Of a DNA stretch of 64,000 nt, positions 21,761 through 31,385 are shown piece by piece. Every line of letters begins with the position of its first letter. Positions within the stretch are counted from its first letter, which is position 1. The notes beneath the pieces are model-generated. The model did not search any database, had not been told where the DNA came from, and was given only the letters and a program-made list of their open reading frames with translations. This DNA is from an uncultured Hyphomicrobiales bacterium (lineage in GTDB: Bacteria > Pseudomonadota > Alphaproteobacteria > Rhodospirillales > CAYFNC01). The position numbers were made by a program, and so were the translations under genes. The stretch spans positions 2,338 to 66,337 of the forward strand of contig CAYFNC010000005.1 in NCBI GenBank assembly GCA_964344345.1. The letters run 5' to 3'.

Positions 21761-22507
21761 TTACTCCCGCGTCGCGAGCTGCTTGAGCGCCTCGCGGTTG
21801 ATGATGCGGAGAATCCCCTTCTCGCGCCTCGCCACGCCCATCTGCAAAAGCTGGCTGATGGCGCGGGCCACCATTTCCTTGGACGTCATGGCCTTGAGCG
21901 CCAGCTCTTCGTGGTTGGGCATCTTGGGGATGAACCAGATGCTGTCGACACCCGCGTTCGGATCGGGCTCGGCCAGGTCCAGGATGGTCATGTAGACCCG
22001 CTGCACCCCGGAGAACGAGCTGACGGTCACCACCCGCTCATTCCCGATGCGCACGATCCGGGACAGGCGCTCCAGGATCTTCACCGCGATGTGGCGGTGC
22101 TCCAGGATCAGGTTCAGGAACACCTCGCGCGGGACGGTGGCGATCTCGGAGTCGGTGTAGGCGTAGGCGGACGCCGAGCGCGCGCCCTTGTCGATGGCGG
22201 CGATCTCGCCGAACCAGCCGCCGACCTCCACGTCCTGGTAGTTCAGCTCCATGCCGCCGGGCGCGATCCCGACGATGCGGACCAAGCCGTCGAGCACGAA
22301 CACAACGTTGTGCTGGACCTCGCCCTCGCGGATCAGCTGCTCGCCCTGGGCGACGGAATGGAAGGCGCAACGCTCCACGAACGCCTCGAACGCGGCGTCG
22401 TCGAGCCCGATCAGGAGATCGTTGACCCGGAGGATGTCCTCCCTCGACGCCTCGGCGCCGGGCATCGGCTTTTCGTTATCGGCGGCCATCGCCACGCTTT
22501 CCCTCAT
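21761..22507 (-). CDS. Crp/Fnr-family transcriptional regulator (cNMP-binding + HTH)
   Basis: cNMP-binding core GGWFGEIAAIDKGARSASAYA and C-terminal HTH SKEMVARAISQLLQMGV. Start taken at MRESVAMAADN (alternative 22489). The track ORF start 22654 is probably too long. Confidence 0.8.
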   Translation of the reverse strand: MRESVAMAADNEKPMPGAEASREDILRVNDLLIGLDDAAFEAFVERCAFHSVAQGEQLIREGEVQHNVVFVLDGLVRIVGIAPGGMELNYQDVEVGGWFGEIAAIDKGARSASAYAYTDSEIATVPREVFLNLILEHRHIAVKILERLSRIVRIGNERVVTVSSFSGVQRVYMTILDLAEPDPNAGVDSIWFIPKMPNHEELALKAMTSKEMVARAISQLLQMGVARREKGILRIINREALKQLATRE

Positions 22508-22628
22508 GGAGCCTCGCCCATTGTTGGCGCCGGGCGGACGATGGTCAAGCCATTGTGGAGAGGCCGCGAATGGGAAAAGGATTTGCGTTCTTGAAAAACT
22601 TATCCCCATCAAGATAATCAAAGGTTCG

Positions 22629-23360
22629 ATGGGTGGAATAGCGGGTTCCGCCAATCAGCGTAAAGGATCGCCCCACGTGGACGACTACGAAAGAACACTC
22701 AGGCACATCCACCTGCTAGGCGCGGTGCCTCCCGACATGCTGGAAAGCCTGGAGCGGTCCTGCGAATGGCAGCACCTGAGCGCCGACCAGATCGTGGTGG
22801 ACCGCAACGACGACACCTCCGACGTTTATTTCATCGTCAAGGGGCGGGTGCAGATCCTCGACTTCGTCCGGGGCGGCCGGGAGATCGTGCTCGCGGAGAT
22901 GACCGCCGGCGACACCTTCGGCGAAATGTCCGCCGTGGACAAGAAAAAGCGCTCCGCCAGCGTGCTCACCACCGAGACCACCGTTGTCGCCAGGTTGAAC
23001 GACGAAAAGTTCCGCCAGATCCTGACCACCGTCCCGGACATGGCCATGACGCTGTTGGAGCGCTTCGTCGGCATGGTCCGGACCTTGACCACCAAGGTGA
23101 CCGCGCTCAGCAGCCTCAGCCCCCACCAGCGGGTCTACATGGAGCTCATGCGCCTGTCCGAGCCCAACCCCAAGGGCGACGGAAGCTGGATCATCAACCG
23201 CCTGCCGGGCCACGGCGAGATCGCCGAGCAGGTGGGCGCCGACCGGGAGGCGGTCGCCGCCGCCATCGGCGAGCTGGCCCGCGCCAAGATCGTCGAGCGG
23301 AAATTCAAAACCCTCGTCATCAAGGATTATTCGCGACTACAGATGTTGTCCAACATGTAA
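22629..23360 (+). CDS. Crp/Fnr-family transcriptional regulator (cNMP-binding + HTH), paralog
   Basis: GDTFGEMSAVDKKKRSASVLT cNMP core and C-terminal HTH DREAVAAAIGELARAKIV. Start at ATG 22629 (alternative GTG 22676). Divergent from the previous gene. Confidence 0.8.
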   Translation: MGGIAGSANQRKGSPHVDDYERTLRHIHLLGAVPPDMLESLERSCEWQHLSADQIVVDRNDDTSDVYFIVKGRVQILDFVRGGREIVLAEMTAGDTFGEMSAVDKKKRSASVLTTETTVVARLNDEKFRQILTTVPDMAMTLLERFVGMVRTLTTKVTALSSLSPHQRVYMELMRLSEPNPKGDGSWIINRLPGHGEIAEQVGADREAVAAAIGELARAKIVERKFKTLVIKDYSRLQMLSNM

Positions 23361-23433
23361 TGTGCTATACTGGCTGCCGCCGGGCGAGGCTTGCGGTAAC
23401 GAACGAGCAACGCAGAAGCGCAAGGGCATTGCC

Positions 23434-23634
23434 ATGAAGTCGGCGAGACGCATCCCTCAATATTTTTCCCAATTTTCCGTCCAATGCCGGTCCCTGGCGC
23501 GGGATACGAGCGGCGCAACCGCAATTGAATACGGGCTTATCGTCGTTGGAATCTTCCTTGCCATTGTCGGGGCGGTGAACTACTACATCGACAAGGTGGG
23601 CAATATGTATAATGATATTGCCAACAACATGTGA
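23434..23634 (+). CDS. flp: Flp/Fap-family type IVb pilin
   Basis: The Flp motif G/ATAIEYGLIVVGIFLAIV sits after a basic leader. 66 aa. Predicted prepilin cleavage after DTSG. Confidence 0.8.
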   Translation: MKSARRIPQYFSQFSVQCRSLARDTSGATAIEYGLIVVGIFLAIVGAVNYYIDKVGNMYNDIANNM

Positions 23635-23686
23635 CCTTTCCCGTTCCTGATTTTTTGGCCCGATATCGATTCGGCGGAGTTGGCGA

Positions 23687-24694
23687 ATGTACCGAACCTT
23701 TTTCGGCGTAACGGAAAAGCCCTTCGCGATTTCGCCGGACGAACGCTACCTCTTCATGACCAAAAAGCATCAGGAGGCGCTGGGCCACCTGATTTACGGC
23801 GTCGAGGAAAGCGGCGGCTTCGTCATGCTGTCGGGCGAGGTGGGCACGGGCAAGACGCTGATGTGCCGCCGCATGCTGTCGAACCTGCGCGACGACGTGG
23901 AGGTGGCGCTGTGCCTGAACCCGCGCCTCACCGACCTGGAGCTTCTGGCGGTGATGTGCGACGAGTTGGGCATCGACTACCCCAAGCCCGCCTACAGCCG
24001 CAAGGAGCTTCTGGACCGCATCACCGCCTATCTCCTGGACGCCTACGCCCGGGGCAAGCGAGTGACGCTTTTGATCGACGAGGCCCAGGATCTGGACCCC
24101 CAGGTGCTGGAGCAGGTCCGGCTTCTGACCAACCTGGAGACCGGCACCGACAAATTGCTGCAGATCATCCTGGTCGGCCAGCCCGAGCTGTTGCAGATCC
24201 TGTCCCGGTCCGAACTGCGCCAGGTGGACCAGCGCATCACCGCGCGCTACCACCTCACCGCGCTCGACCGCAAGGAGGTGGACGGCTATATCCGCCACCG
24301 CATGACCGTCGCGGGGATCGAGCGCCGAGTCTTCGATTCCGCCGCCGTTCGCCTGATCCACCGCGCCAGCGGCGGCGTGCCGCGCCTGGTCAACAGCATC
24401 TGCGACCGCTGCCTGCTCGCCGCCTACGTGAACCGGACCAAACGGGTGGACAAACGCATCGCCAAGGCCGCGATCCGAGAGGTGCAGGGCCAAGCCCCGT
24501 CGGCGTCGCGCTACAGCCTGCGGCCGCTTCTGGCGTCCGGCTTCGCCGCGACGCTCATGGCGACGGCCGTCGTCGCCGCGATCGAGCTCGGCGGCCTGTC
24601 CCCGGCCCAGGCCATCGAGCCCATCCGCGAAAAGATCATCGCCCTGTTGAAGGAGCACGGGTATCCCGGCGCCCTCGAAAGTGAATCCAAGTGA
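23687..24694 (+). CDS. ExeA/GspA/MshM-like AAA+ ATPase
   Basis: MYRTFFGVTEKPFAISPDERYLFMTKKHQEAL N-terminus. Walker A GEVGTGKT. Walker B LLIDEAQ. C-terminal hydrophobic segment. Confidence 0.85.
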   Translation: MYRTFFGVTEKPFAISPDERYLFMTKKHQEALGHLIYGVEESGGFVMLSGEVGTGKTLMCRRMLSNLRDDVEVALCLNPRLTDLELLAVMCDELGIDYPKPAYSRKELLDRITAYLLDAYARGKRVTLLIDEAQDLDPQVLEQVRLLTNLETGTDKLLQIILVGQPELLQILSRSELRQVDQRITARYHLTALDRKEVDGYIRHRMTVAGIERRVFDSAAVRLIHRASGGVPRLVNSICDRCLLAAYVNRTKRVDKRIAKAAIREVQGQAPSASRYSLRPLLASGFAATLMATAVVAAIELGGLSPAQAIEPIREKIIALLKEHGYPGALESESK

Positions 24695-24705
24695 GGCTTC
24701 CCTCC

Positions 24706-26388
24706 ATGTCCTTCATTCTCGACGCATTGAAAAAATCCAAGGAAGAGCGGGACGCCAACGCCGCCGAAGCCAAGGCGGCCGAACCGAGCGGCGGCGCGGA
24801 CGACGACGAAGAGGGCGGCGGACGCTCGATGGTCGTCAAGGTCGCCATTCTCGCCGTCGGCGGGCTTTTGGTGGTTGGGGCGCTGGCGGGGGGAGCCTAT
24901 TTTTTCATTCCCGGCCTTTTGGGCGTCGACGAAGAGCAGCCGCCCATGGCCGAGGAGCCCGCGCCCGCCGAGCCCCAAACCGAACCCGCGCCGGAACCCG
25001 TCGATCGGGCGGCGGCCGTCGAACCCCCGCCCCCGCCCCCTCCGCCGCCGAGCCAGGAGCAACCCCGGGAGCCCACGCCGTTCGAGCGCAAGATGGAGGC
25101 CGCGCTGGGCGAGGCCGCCGCCACCGGCCAGCCGCCGTCCGGAGCCTTCGAGCCCGAGGAGCCCCATACGGCCGCCGCCGCGCCCGAACCCGCGCCCGCT
25201 CCGGCCCACGAGCAGGGCGTCCCGCCGTCCGGCGCCTTCGAATCCCTCGCCCCGCCGACCGAGCGCCAGGGTGACGGCCCCCTGGCCCTGACCGCGGAGC
25301 AGCCGGGCCAGCCCGCGCCCACGCCCGCCGATCCGGAGCCCGCGCCCACGCCGACGGACGTCGGCCTCGCGCCCGACCCGGTTCCGGAGTCCATGGCCGC
25401 CCCGGCCCAGCCCGACCCCTTCGGCGCGCCCATCGCCGCCGCCGCGCCGGGCCAACCCGAACCTATGGGCGCCGCCGTGGCTTTGGTCCCGCCGCCGCCG
25501 TCCCAGGCGGAGCAGACCGCGACGGACGAAATGGCCGCGCCCGAACCCGAATTCGCCGCGCCCGGCCGCAAGCCCGCCGCGCCCCCGACGCCGGAGCGCC
25601 GGGCGCGCCAGCGCGTCGCCTCGGGCGCGCTCGGAAAGGGCCAGAAGCACGAAACGGCCGGGGAATGGGACGACGCCGTCGCCGCGTACTCCAAGGCCAT
25701 CCTCGCCCAGCCGGGCTCGGTGGACGCCTACATGGGCCGGGGGTGGAGCTATCTTGAACTCGGCCAGTACGGCGACGCGGTCCGCGACTTCAGCCAGGTG
25801 ATCCGGCGACGCAAGGGCGGGGCCGACGCCTATTTCGGCCGCGCGCTGGCGTTCGAGCGCAAGGGGGCCCTGTCCAAGGCGCTCGGCGACTACAACCGCG
25901 CGCTCCAGATCGAGCCGGGCAACGCCGACGCGGTGTTCGGCCGGGGCGTGGTGAACTTCGTCGAGGGCCGCTATTCGGACGCGGCCAGGGACTTCGACGC
26001 CATTCTGAAGAACGCCGAGGGCGATCTCGCGTCCTATGGCATGCTGTGGAGCTACGTGGCCAAGGCGCGGGGCGGAACCGTGCGGCGAAAGGACATCCGG
26101 GCGCTGCGCGGCGGCATGGACGTGCTGGACTGGCCCGGCGTGATCGTGGCGCTGTTCGACGGCAAGGTCACCCCCGACCGGGTGGTGACCACGGCCCGCG
26201 ACAAGGATCCCAAGCGCCAGAAGGAAAAGCAGTGCGTGGCGTTCTTCTTCCTGGGCCAGCAAAGCCTGTTGAGGGGGCGCGAGGGCCAGGCGGCCAATTA
26301 TTTCCGCAAGGCGGTCAAGACCGGCGCGTCCCATTACCGCCAGTACTGGGCCGCCGTGGCCGAGTTGAAACGCCTGAAGGCTTTATAA
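24706..26388 (+). CDS. GspB-like N-terminus / Pro-rich linker / NlpI-like TPR protein
   Basis: N-terminal MSFILDALKKSKEER motif, then a TM segment, about 250 aa of Pro/Ala/Glu-rich linker and C-terminal TPR repeats (AYSKAILAQPGSVDAYMGRGWSYLELGQYGDAVRDF...). An alternative GTG start at 24691 would overlap the exeA-like stop. Confidence 0.65.
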   Translation: MSFILDALKKSKEERDANAAEAKAAEPSGGADDDEEGGGRSMVVKVAILAVGGLLVVGALAGGAYFFIPGLLGVDEEQPPMAEEPAPAEPQTEPAPEPVDRAAAVEPPPPPPPPPSQEQPREPTPFERKMEAALGEAAATGQPPSGAFEPEEPHTAAAAPEPAPAPAHEQGVPPSGAFESLAPPTERQGDGPLALTAEQPGQPAPTPADPEPAPTPTDVGLAPDPVPESMAAPAQPDPFGAPIAAAAPGQPEPMGAAVALVPPPPSQAEQTATDEMAAPEPEFAAPGRKPAAPPTPERRARQRVASGALGKGQKHETAGEWDDAVAAYSKAILAQPGSVDAYMGRGWSYLELGQYGDAVRDFSQVIRRRKGGADAYFGRALAFERKGALSKALGDYNRALQIEPGNADAVFGRGVVNFVEGRYSDAARDFDAILKNAEGDLASYGMLWSYVAKARGGTVRRKDIRALRGGMDVLDWPGVIVALFDGKVTPDRVVTTARDKDPKRQKEKQCVAFFFLGQQSLLRGREGQAANYFRKAVKTGASHYRQYWAAVAELKRLKAL

Positions 26389-26456
26389 CAACAAGGGCCG
26401 ACGGCCAGGGAGGTGGGCTCCCGGTCCCGAGGCCCGAACCCAAGGGGGGAAATGAC

Positions 26457-26999
26457 ATGACCTTTATCAAGACGATTTGCGCGGCCGCGCTCGCGGCCGC
26501 CTTCCTCGCGCCCGTTCCGGCGGCGGCCATCAATCTCGGGCCGGGCCAGAGCGGCGGCTCGGCGAACCAGCAGGGCGCCGAGGACATGAAGGACTACGAC
26601 CCGAAGACGGTCAAGACCATGAAAGGAACCGTGGTCAGCGTCGCGTCCGCGCACAACGAGCACATGGGCGAGGTCGGCCTGCACATCGACGTCAACAGCG
26701 ACTCGGGCCGGAACTACACCGTCCACGTGGCCCCGCAGTGGTACGCCGACAAGACGAACATCACCTTCAGCAAAGGCCAGACCGTCACGGTCACCGGCTC
26801 CGAATTCACCCTGAAGGGCCTGTGGAACATATACGCGGCCACCATCGTCAGCAACGGACGGACCATCAAGGTGCGCGACGAGGCCACCGGCGCTTACCTG
26901 TGGACGGCCCGTCCCGGCGGCTCCGACAGCTCGTCCGGCGGCGGCTCCATGCAGCAGCGCCAGCAGCAGGAAATGATGAAGAAGCGCATGGGCCGCTAG
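26457..26999 (+). CDS. Secreted protein of unknown function (180 aa)
   Basis: SD AAGGGGGGA precedes the ATG. Signal peptide MTFIKTICAAALAAAFLAPVPAAA. Beta-rich core and a Gln/Met/Lys-rich tail. The track ORF 26046 is an upstream over-extension. Confidence 0.6.
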   Translation: MTFIKTICAAALAAAFLAPVPAAAINLGPGQSGGSANQQGAEDMKDYDPKTVKTMKGTVVSVASAHNEHMGEVGLHIDVNSDSGRNYTVHVAPQWYADKTNITFSKGQTVTVTGSEFTLKGLWNIYAATIVSNGRTIKVRDEATGAYLWTARPGGSDSSSGGGSMQQRQQQEMMKKRMGR

Positions 27000-27027
27000 C
27001 CCCGTTTCCAGGTTTTCCGCGCGACGC

Positions 27028-27058
27028 GGCGCCGGCCCAGGCCGGCGCCGTTTCCGTT
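27028..27058 (+). terminator. Putative intrinsic terminator
   Basis: GC hairpin ggcgccggcc/ggccggcgcc followed by a GTTTCCGTT tail with a weak U-tract. Confidence 0.4.
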
Positions 27059-27111
27059 CCCGTCCCAACTAACCCTTCCGTCATTCCGCCCGACTGTGCT
27101 TTATTGCGGCC

Positions 27112-28326
27112 ATGAGCACCCTCAACACCTATCGCGCCGGACCGAACGAGGACGGGCGTTTCGGCGTTCATGGCGGGCGCTTCGTCGCCGAGACGCTGAT
27201 GCCGCTGATCCTGGACGTGGAGCGCGCCTACGACGCCGCCAGGAACGACCCGGAATTCCAGGCCGAGATGGGCCATTACCTTCGCCAATACGTGGGCCGT
27301 CCGAGCCCGCTTTACTTCGCCGAACGGCTGACCCGGCATCTTGGCGGCGCGAAGATTTACCTGAAGCGCGAGGACCTGAACCACACCGGCGCCCACAAGG
27401 TGAACAACTGCATCGGCCAGGCGCTCCTGGCCAAGCGCATGGGCAAGAAGCGCGTGATCGCCGAGACCGGCGCGGGTCAGCACGGCGTCGCCACCGCCAC
27501 CGTGTGCGCGCTGTTCGACATCGACTGCGTCATCTACATGGGGGCCAAGGACATCGACCGCCAGGCGCCCAACGTGTACCGCATGAAGATGCTGGGGGCC
27601 GAGGTCAAGCCGGTCACCGCCGGGTCCGGCACCTTGAAGGACGCCATGAACGAGGCGCTGCGCGACTGGGTCGCGACGGTGGAGACCACGTATTACCTGA
27701 TCGGCACCGCCGCCGGTCCCCATCCCTATCCCGCCATGGTCCGCGACTTCCAGTGCGTGATCGGCGAGGAGACTCGAGACCAGATTCAGGAATTGGAAGG
27801 CCGCCAGCCCGACGCGCTGCTGGCCTGCATCGGCGGGGGCTCCAACGCCTTGGGCCTGTTTCATCCCTTCCTGGACGAGACCGACATGCGCATCGTCGCG
27901 GTCGAGGCCGCCGGAAGGGGCGTCGAGACCGGGGAGCACGCGGCGTCGCTCACGGCGGGCCGCCCCGGCGTGCTGCACGGCAACCGCACCTATCTGCTGC
28001 AAGACGACGACGGCCAGATCAAGGAGGCGCACTCCATCTCCGCCGGACTCGACTACCCCGGCATCGGGCCCGAGCACTCCTGGCTGCACGACGTCGGCCG
28101 GGTCGAGTACGTTTCGGTCACGGACACGGAAGCCGTGGACGCCTTCAAGCTTCTGACCCGGCTGGAGGGCATCATCCCGGCGTTGGAATCCTCCCACGCC
28201 CTGGCCCACGCCGGCAAGCTGGCGCCGGAAATGGGGCCCGACAAGCTGATGGTGATCAATCTGTCTGGCCGGGGCGACAAGGATCTCGGAACCATCTCCG
28301 CCTGGGACGCGGGAGAGGTCAAGTGA
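27112..28326 (+). CDS. trpB: Tryptophan synthase beta chain
   Basis: [16 protein letters not shown] (PLP lysine motif) and full-length 404 aa. Confidence 0.97.
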   Translation: MSTLNTYRAGPNEDGRFGVHGGRFVAETLMPLILDVERAYDAARNDPEFQAEMGHYLRQYVGRPSPLYFAERLTRHLGGAKIYLKREDLNHTGAHKVNNCIGQALLAKRMGKKRVIAETGAGQHGVATATVCALFDIDCVIYMGAKDIDRQAPNVYRMKMLGAEVKPVTAGSGTLKDAMNEALRDWVATVETTYYLIGTAAGPHPYPAMVRDFQCVIGEETRDQIQELEGRQPDALLACIGGGSNALGLFHPFLDETDMRIVAVEAAGRGVETGEHAASLTAGRPGVLHGNRTYLLQDDDGQIKEAHSISAGLDYPGIGPEHSWLHDVGRVEYVSVTDTEAVDAFKLLTRLEGIIPALESSHALAHAGKLAPEMGPDKLMVINLSGRGDKDLGTISAWDAGEVK

Positions 28327-29153
28327 GCGGCTCATCCCGGATCGAGCGCCGCTTCGCCAAGCTCAAGGACGAAGGCCGGGGCGGGCTGGTCGCCTTCATC
28401 ACCGCGGGCGATCCCGACCCGGACGCGTCCCTGGAGATCCTCAAGGGCCTGCCGGGCGCGGGCGCCGACGTGGTGGAGCTCGGCATGCCGTTCTCGGACC
28501 CCATGGCCGACGGCCCCGCCATCCAGCTCAGCTCCCAACGCGCGCTCACCGCGGGCATGACGCTCTCTAAAACCCTCGACATGGTCGCGGCGTTCCGCGC
28601 GGAGGACCAAGACACCCCCATCATCCTGATGGGCTACTACAACCCCATCTATTCCATGGGCGTGGACGGCTTTTTGGACCGGGCGCGCGACGTCGGCGTC
28701 GATGGGCTGATCATCGTCGACCTGCCACCCGAGGAGAAGGCCGAGCTCTGCCTGCCCGCCAAGGCGCGGGGAATCGATTTCATCTTTCTCACCGCGCCCA
28801 CAACCGATGACGCCCGCCTGCCGACCGTGGTCCGCGACGCGGGCGGCTTCGTCTATTACGTCTCCATCACCGGCGTCACCGGCACCCGGTCCGCCGCCAT
28901 CGACGACGTCAAAGCCAACGTGGACCGCATCCGCCGCCACACCGGACTGCCCGTCGCCGTCGGCTTCGGCATCAACACCCCGGACCACGCGGCCGAGATC
29001 GCGAAAATCGCCGACGCCGCCGTGGTCGGCTCGGCGCTTGTCAACACCATCCGGGACAACCTGGACGCGGACGGACGCGCCAAGCCCGGGCTCGCGGGCG
29101 CCGCCCTCGGCTTCGTCGCCGAGCTCGCGCGCGGGGTGAGGGGCGGGTCATGA
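28323..29153 (+). CDS. trpA: Tryptophan synthase alpha chain
   Basis: GTGA overlap with trp[13 protein letters not shown] and [18 protein letters not shown] motifs. The 685-aa track ORF is an out-of-context extension. Confidence 0.95.
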   Translation: MSGSSRIERRFAKLKDEGRGGLVAFITAGDPDPDASLEILKGLPGAGADVVELGMPFSDPMADGPAIQLSSQRALTAGMTLSKTLDMVAAFRAEDQDTPIILMGYYNPIYSMGVDGFLDRARDVGVDGLIIVDLPPEEKAELCLPAKARGIDFIFLTAPTTDDARLPTVVRDAGGFVYYVSITGVTGTRSAAIDDVKANVDRIRRHTGLPVAVGFGINTPDHAAEIAKIADAAVVGSALVNTIRDNLDADGRAKPGLAGAALGFVAELARGVRGGS

Positions 29154-30097
29154 ACTGGCTGCGCAACTTCGTCCCGCCCCGGCTTCGGGGCTTGGTCGGG
29201 GGCGCGCAAAAGCACGCGACGGACGAGCTGTGGCGCACGTGCCCCAAGTGCGCGGGCATGATCTTCCATCGCGACCTTCGCACCAATCTCGGCGTCTGCA
29301 GCCACTGCGACCACCACCTGCGCCTGGATGTGGAGCAAAGGCTCGAGATGCTGTTCGACGACGGCGAGTACACGGCCGTGGAAATGGACCAGCCCGAACA
29401 GGACCCGCTGCGCTTCCGCGACCGGCGCAAGTACGCGGACCGCCTGCGCGAGGCCCACGCGGAATCGGGCCGCGACGACGCCCTCGTCGCCTCTTACGGC
29501 CGCATGGGCGGGATCGGCGTGGTGGCCGCGGCCCAGGACTTCCGGTTCATGTCCGGCACCATGGGGGTGGCGGCGGGCGAGGCCTTCGTGCGCGCCGCGC
29601 GCCTCGCCGTGGTCCAGGGCGCGCCCTTGATCGTGATCACCGCGTCGGCCGGGGCCCGGCTGCAGGAAGGATCATTGGCCCTGATGCAGATGGCCCGCGC
29701 CACGCTCGCCATCGAAGAGGTGAAAAACGCCGACCTTCCGGTGATCACGGTGCTGACCGACCCCACGGTGGGGACCGCGACCGGCTCGTTCGCCATGCTG
29801 GGCGACATCACCATCGCCGAGCCCGGCGCGGCCGTGGCCTTGGGTCCCGAGGCGCCGCTGGACGCCGTCGAGGGCGGGCAGCGGGCCGAGGCCATGCTGG
29901 AGCGCGGCATGATCGACATGATCGTCCATCGCCACAAGCTCCGCGACGCGCTGGTCCGCATCGTCAGCCTGCTCAGCAACCCGGGCCCGGCGGCCATCGT
30001 CCTGCCGCTGCCCCATGTGGAGCTGTTGAGCGCCATGAAGGAGGACGCGTTGAAAACCTCCAAGAACCGCCCGGACAAGGAGCCGACCCCTGACTGA
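29150..30097 (+). CDS. accD: Acetyl-CoA carboxylase carboxyltransferase beta subunit
   Basis: Zn-ribbon [26 protein letters not shown] and the carboxyltransferase core. ATGA overlap with trpA. Confidence 0.95.
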   Translation: MNWLRNFVPPRLRGLVGGAQKHATDELWRTCPKCAGMIFHRDLRTNLGVCSHCDHHLRLDVEQRLEMLFDDGEYTAVEMDQPEQDPLRFRDRRKYADRLREAHAESGRDDALVASYGRMGGIGVVAAAQDFRFMSGTMGVAAGEAFVRAARLAVVQGAPLIVITASAGARLQEGSLALMQMARATLAIEEVKNADLPVITVLTDPTVGTATGSFAMLGDITIAEPGAAVALGPEAPLDAVEGGQRAEAMLERGMIDMIVHRHKLRDALVRIVSLLSNPGPAAIVLPLPHVELLSAMKEDALKTSKNRPDKEPTPD

Positions 30098-30161
30098 CCC
30101 CGGCCTTTTCGAGCGCCTTTCGGCTCTGCATCCCAAGACCATCGATCTCTCTCTCGACCGG

Positions 30162-31385
30162 GTGACGCGCCTTTTGGACAAGCTCGGCAATCCCGAACGG
30201 GCCTTGCCGCCCGTCGTCCACGTCGCGGGCACCAACGGCAAGGGATCCGTCATCGCGTTCCTCCGCGCCATGCTGGAGGCCGCCGGATACCGGGTCCACG
30301 TCCACACCTCGCCGCACCTGTTCAAGTTCAACGAACGCATCCGGCTCGCGGGCGAGCTGATTACGGACGAAGCCCTGACCGAACTGCTGCAAGAGGTCGA
30401 AAAGGCCAACGCGGGCGATCCCGTCACTTTTTTCGAGATCACCACCGCCGCCGCGCTTCTGGCTTTTTCCAGGACGCCCGCGGACGTGACCATCCTGGAA
30501 ACCGGCCTTGGCGGCAGGCTCGACGCCACCAACGTGGTCGAGAAGCCCGCGCTCACCGTGATCACGCCGGTGTCCCTCGACCACCAGGAATACCTGGGCG
30601 AGACCCTGGCCGACATCGCCAGGGAGAAAGCGGGCATTCTGAAACGCGGCGTGGTCTGCGTGCTCGCCGACCAGGAGCGCGTGCCCAACCGGATCATCCC
30701 CGACGCCGCGCGCAAGGCCGGGGCCATGGTGTTCCACGAGGGCGTGGACTGGTACGCCCGCACCTTTCCCGACGGCTGGGGCTATCAGGAGGGCAATTGG
30801 AGCCGGAGGTTTCCAAACCCGTCGCTTCCTGGCGGCCATCAGGTGCGCAACGCCGGTCTCGCCGTCGCCACGCTTGAGCAACTTCGGGGCTTCAAGGTTC
30901 CGGACGCCGCCATGGCGCTCGGGATCAAGTCGGCCGAATGGCCGGGGCGATTGCAGAATCTGGAGACCGGCGCGCTCGCCGACGCGTTGCCGGACGGCTG
31001 GGAGCTCTGGGTCGATGGCGGCCACAACCCCGCCGCCGCCAAGGCCCTGGCCCAGCAGGCGCGGAAATGGAAGCGCAAGCCCCTGCACCTGGTCTTCGGC
31101 ATGATGAAGAACCGCAATCCGGTTCCCTTCCTGCAGAAACTCGCCCCGCGCTGCCTTTCGCTCACCGCCGTGGATTTCCCCGCGTTCCAGGCCGAGTCCC
31201 ATTCGGCCCAGGCCGTCCATGACGCCGCCAGCGCCCTGAACATGGTGCATTGCGCCCAGGCCCCGTCGCTCGAGGACGCGTTGAAGGACATCGCGGCCGC
31301 CAATCCCAATCCCGGACGGGTCCTGGTCGCGGGCAGCCTGTCGCTCGCCGCCCACGCGCTCGCCGCCAACGGAAATGGGCCTTGA
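30162..31385 (+). CDS. folC: Bifunctional folylpolyglutamate synthase / dihydrofolate synthase
   Basis: HVAGTNGKGS P-loop of the Mur-ligase family. accD-folC synteny. Conserved N-terminal sequence continues upstream of GTG 30162 (see finding), so the true start may be CTG 30090. Confidence 0.9.
   Translation: MTRLLDKLGNPERALPPVVHVAGTNGKGSVIAFLRAMLEAAGYRVHVHTSPHLFKFNERIRLAGELITDEALTELLQEVEKANAGDPVTFFEITTAAALLAFSRTPADVTILETGLGGRLDATNVVEKPALTVITPVSLDHQEYLGETLADIAREKAGILKRGVVCVLADQERVPNRIIPDAARKAGAMVFHEGVDWYARTFPDGWGYQEGNWSRRFPNPSLPGGHQVRNAGLAVATLEQLRGFKVPDAAMALGIKSAEWPGRLQNLETGALADALPDGWELWVDGGHNPAAAKALAQQARKWKRKPLHLVFGMMKNRNPVPFLQKLAPRCLSLTAVDFPAFQAESHSAQAVHDAASALNMVHCAQAPSLEDALKDIAAANPNPGRVLVAGSLSLAAHALAANGNGP

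Noticed and set aside
27096-29153. 685-aa plus-strand ORF spanning trpB and trpA
   Set aside because: Only the last 276 codons (from GTG 28323) encode TrpA. The upstream part is an out-of-frame read-through of trpB.
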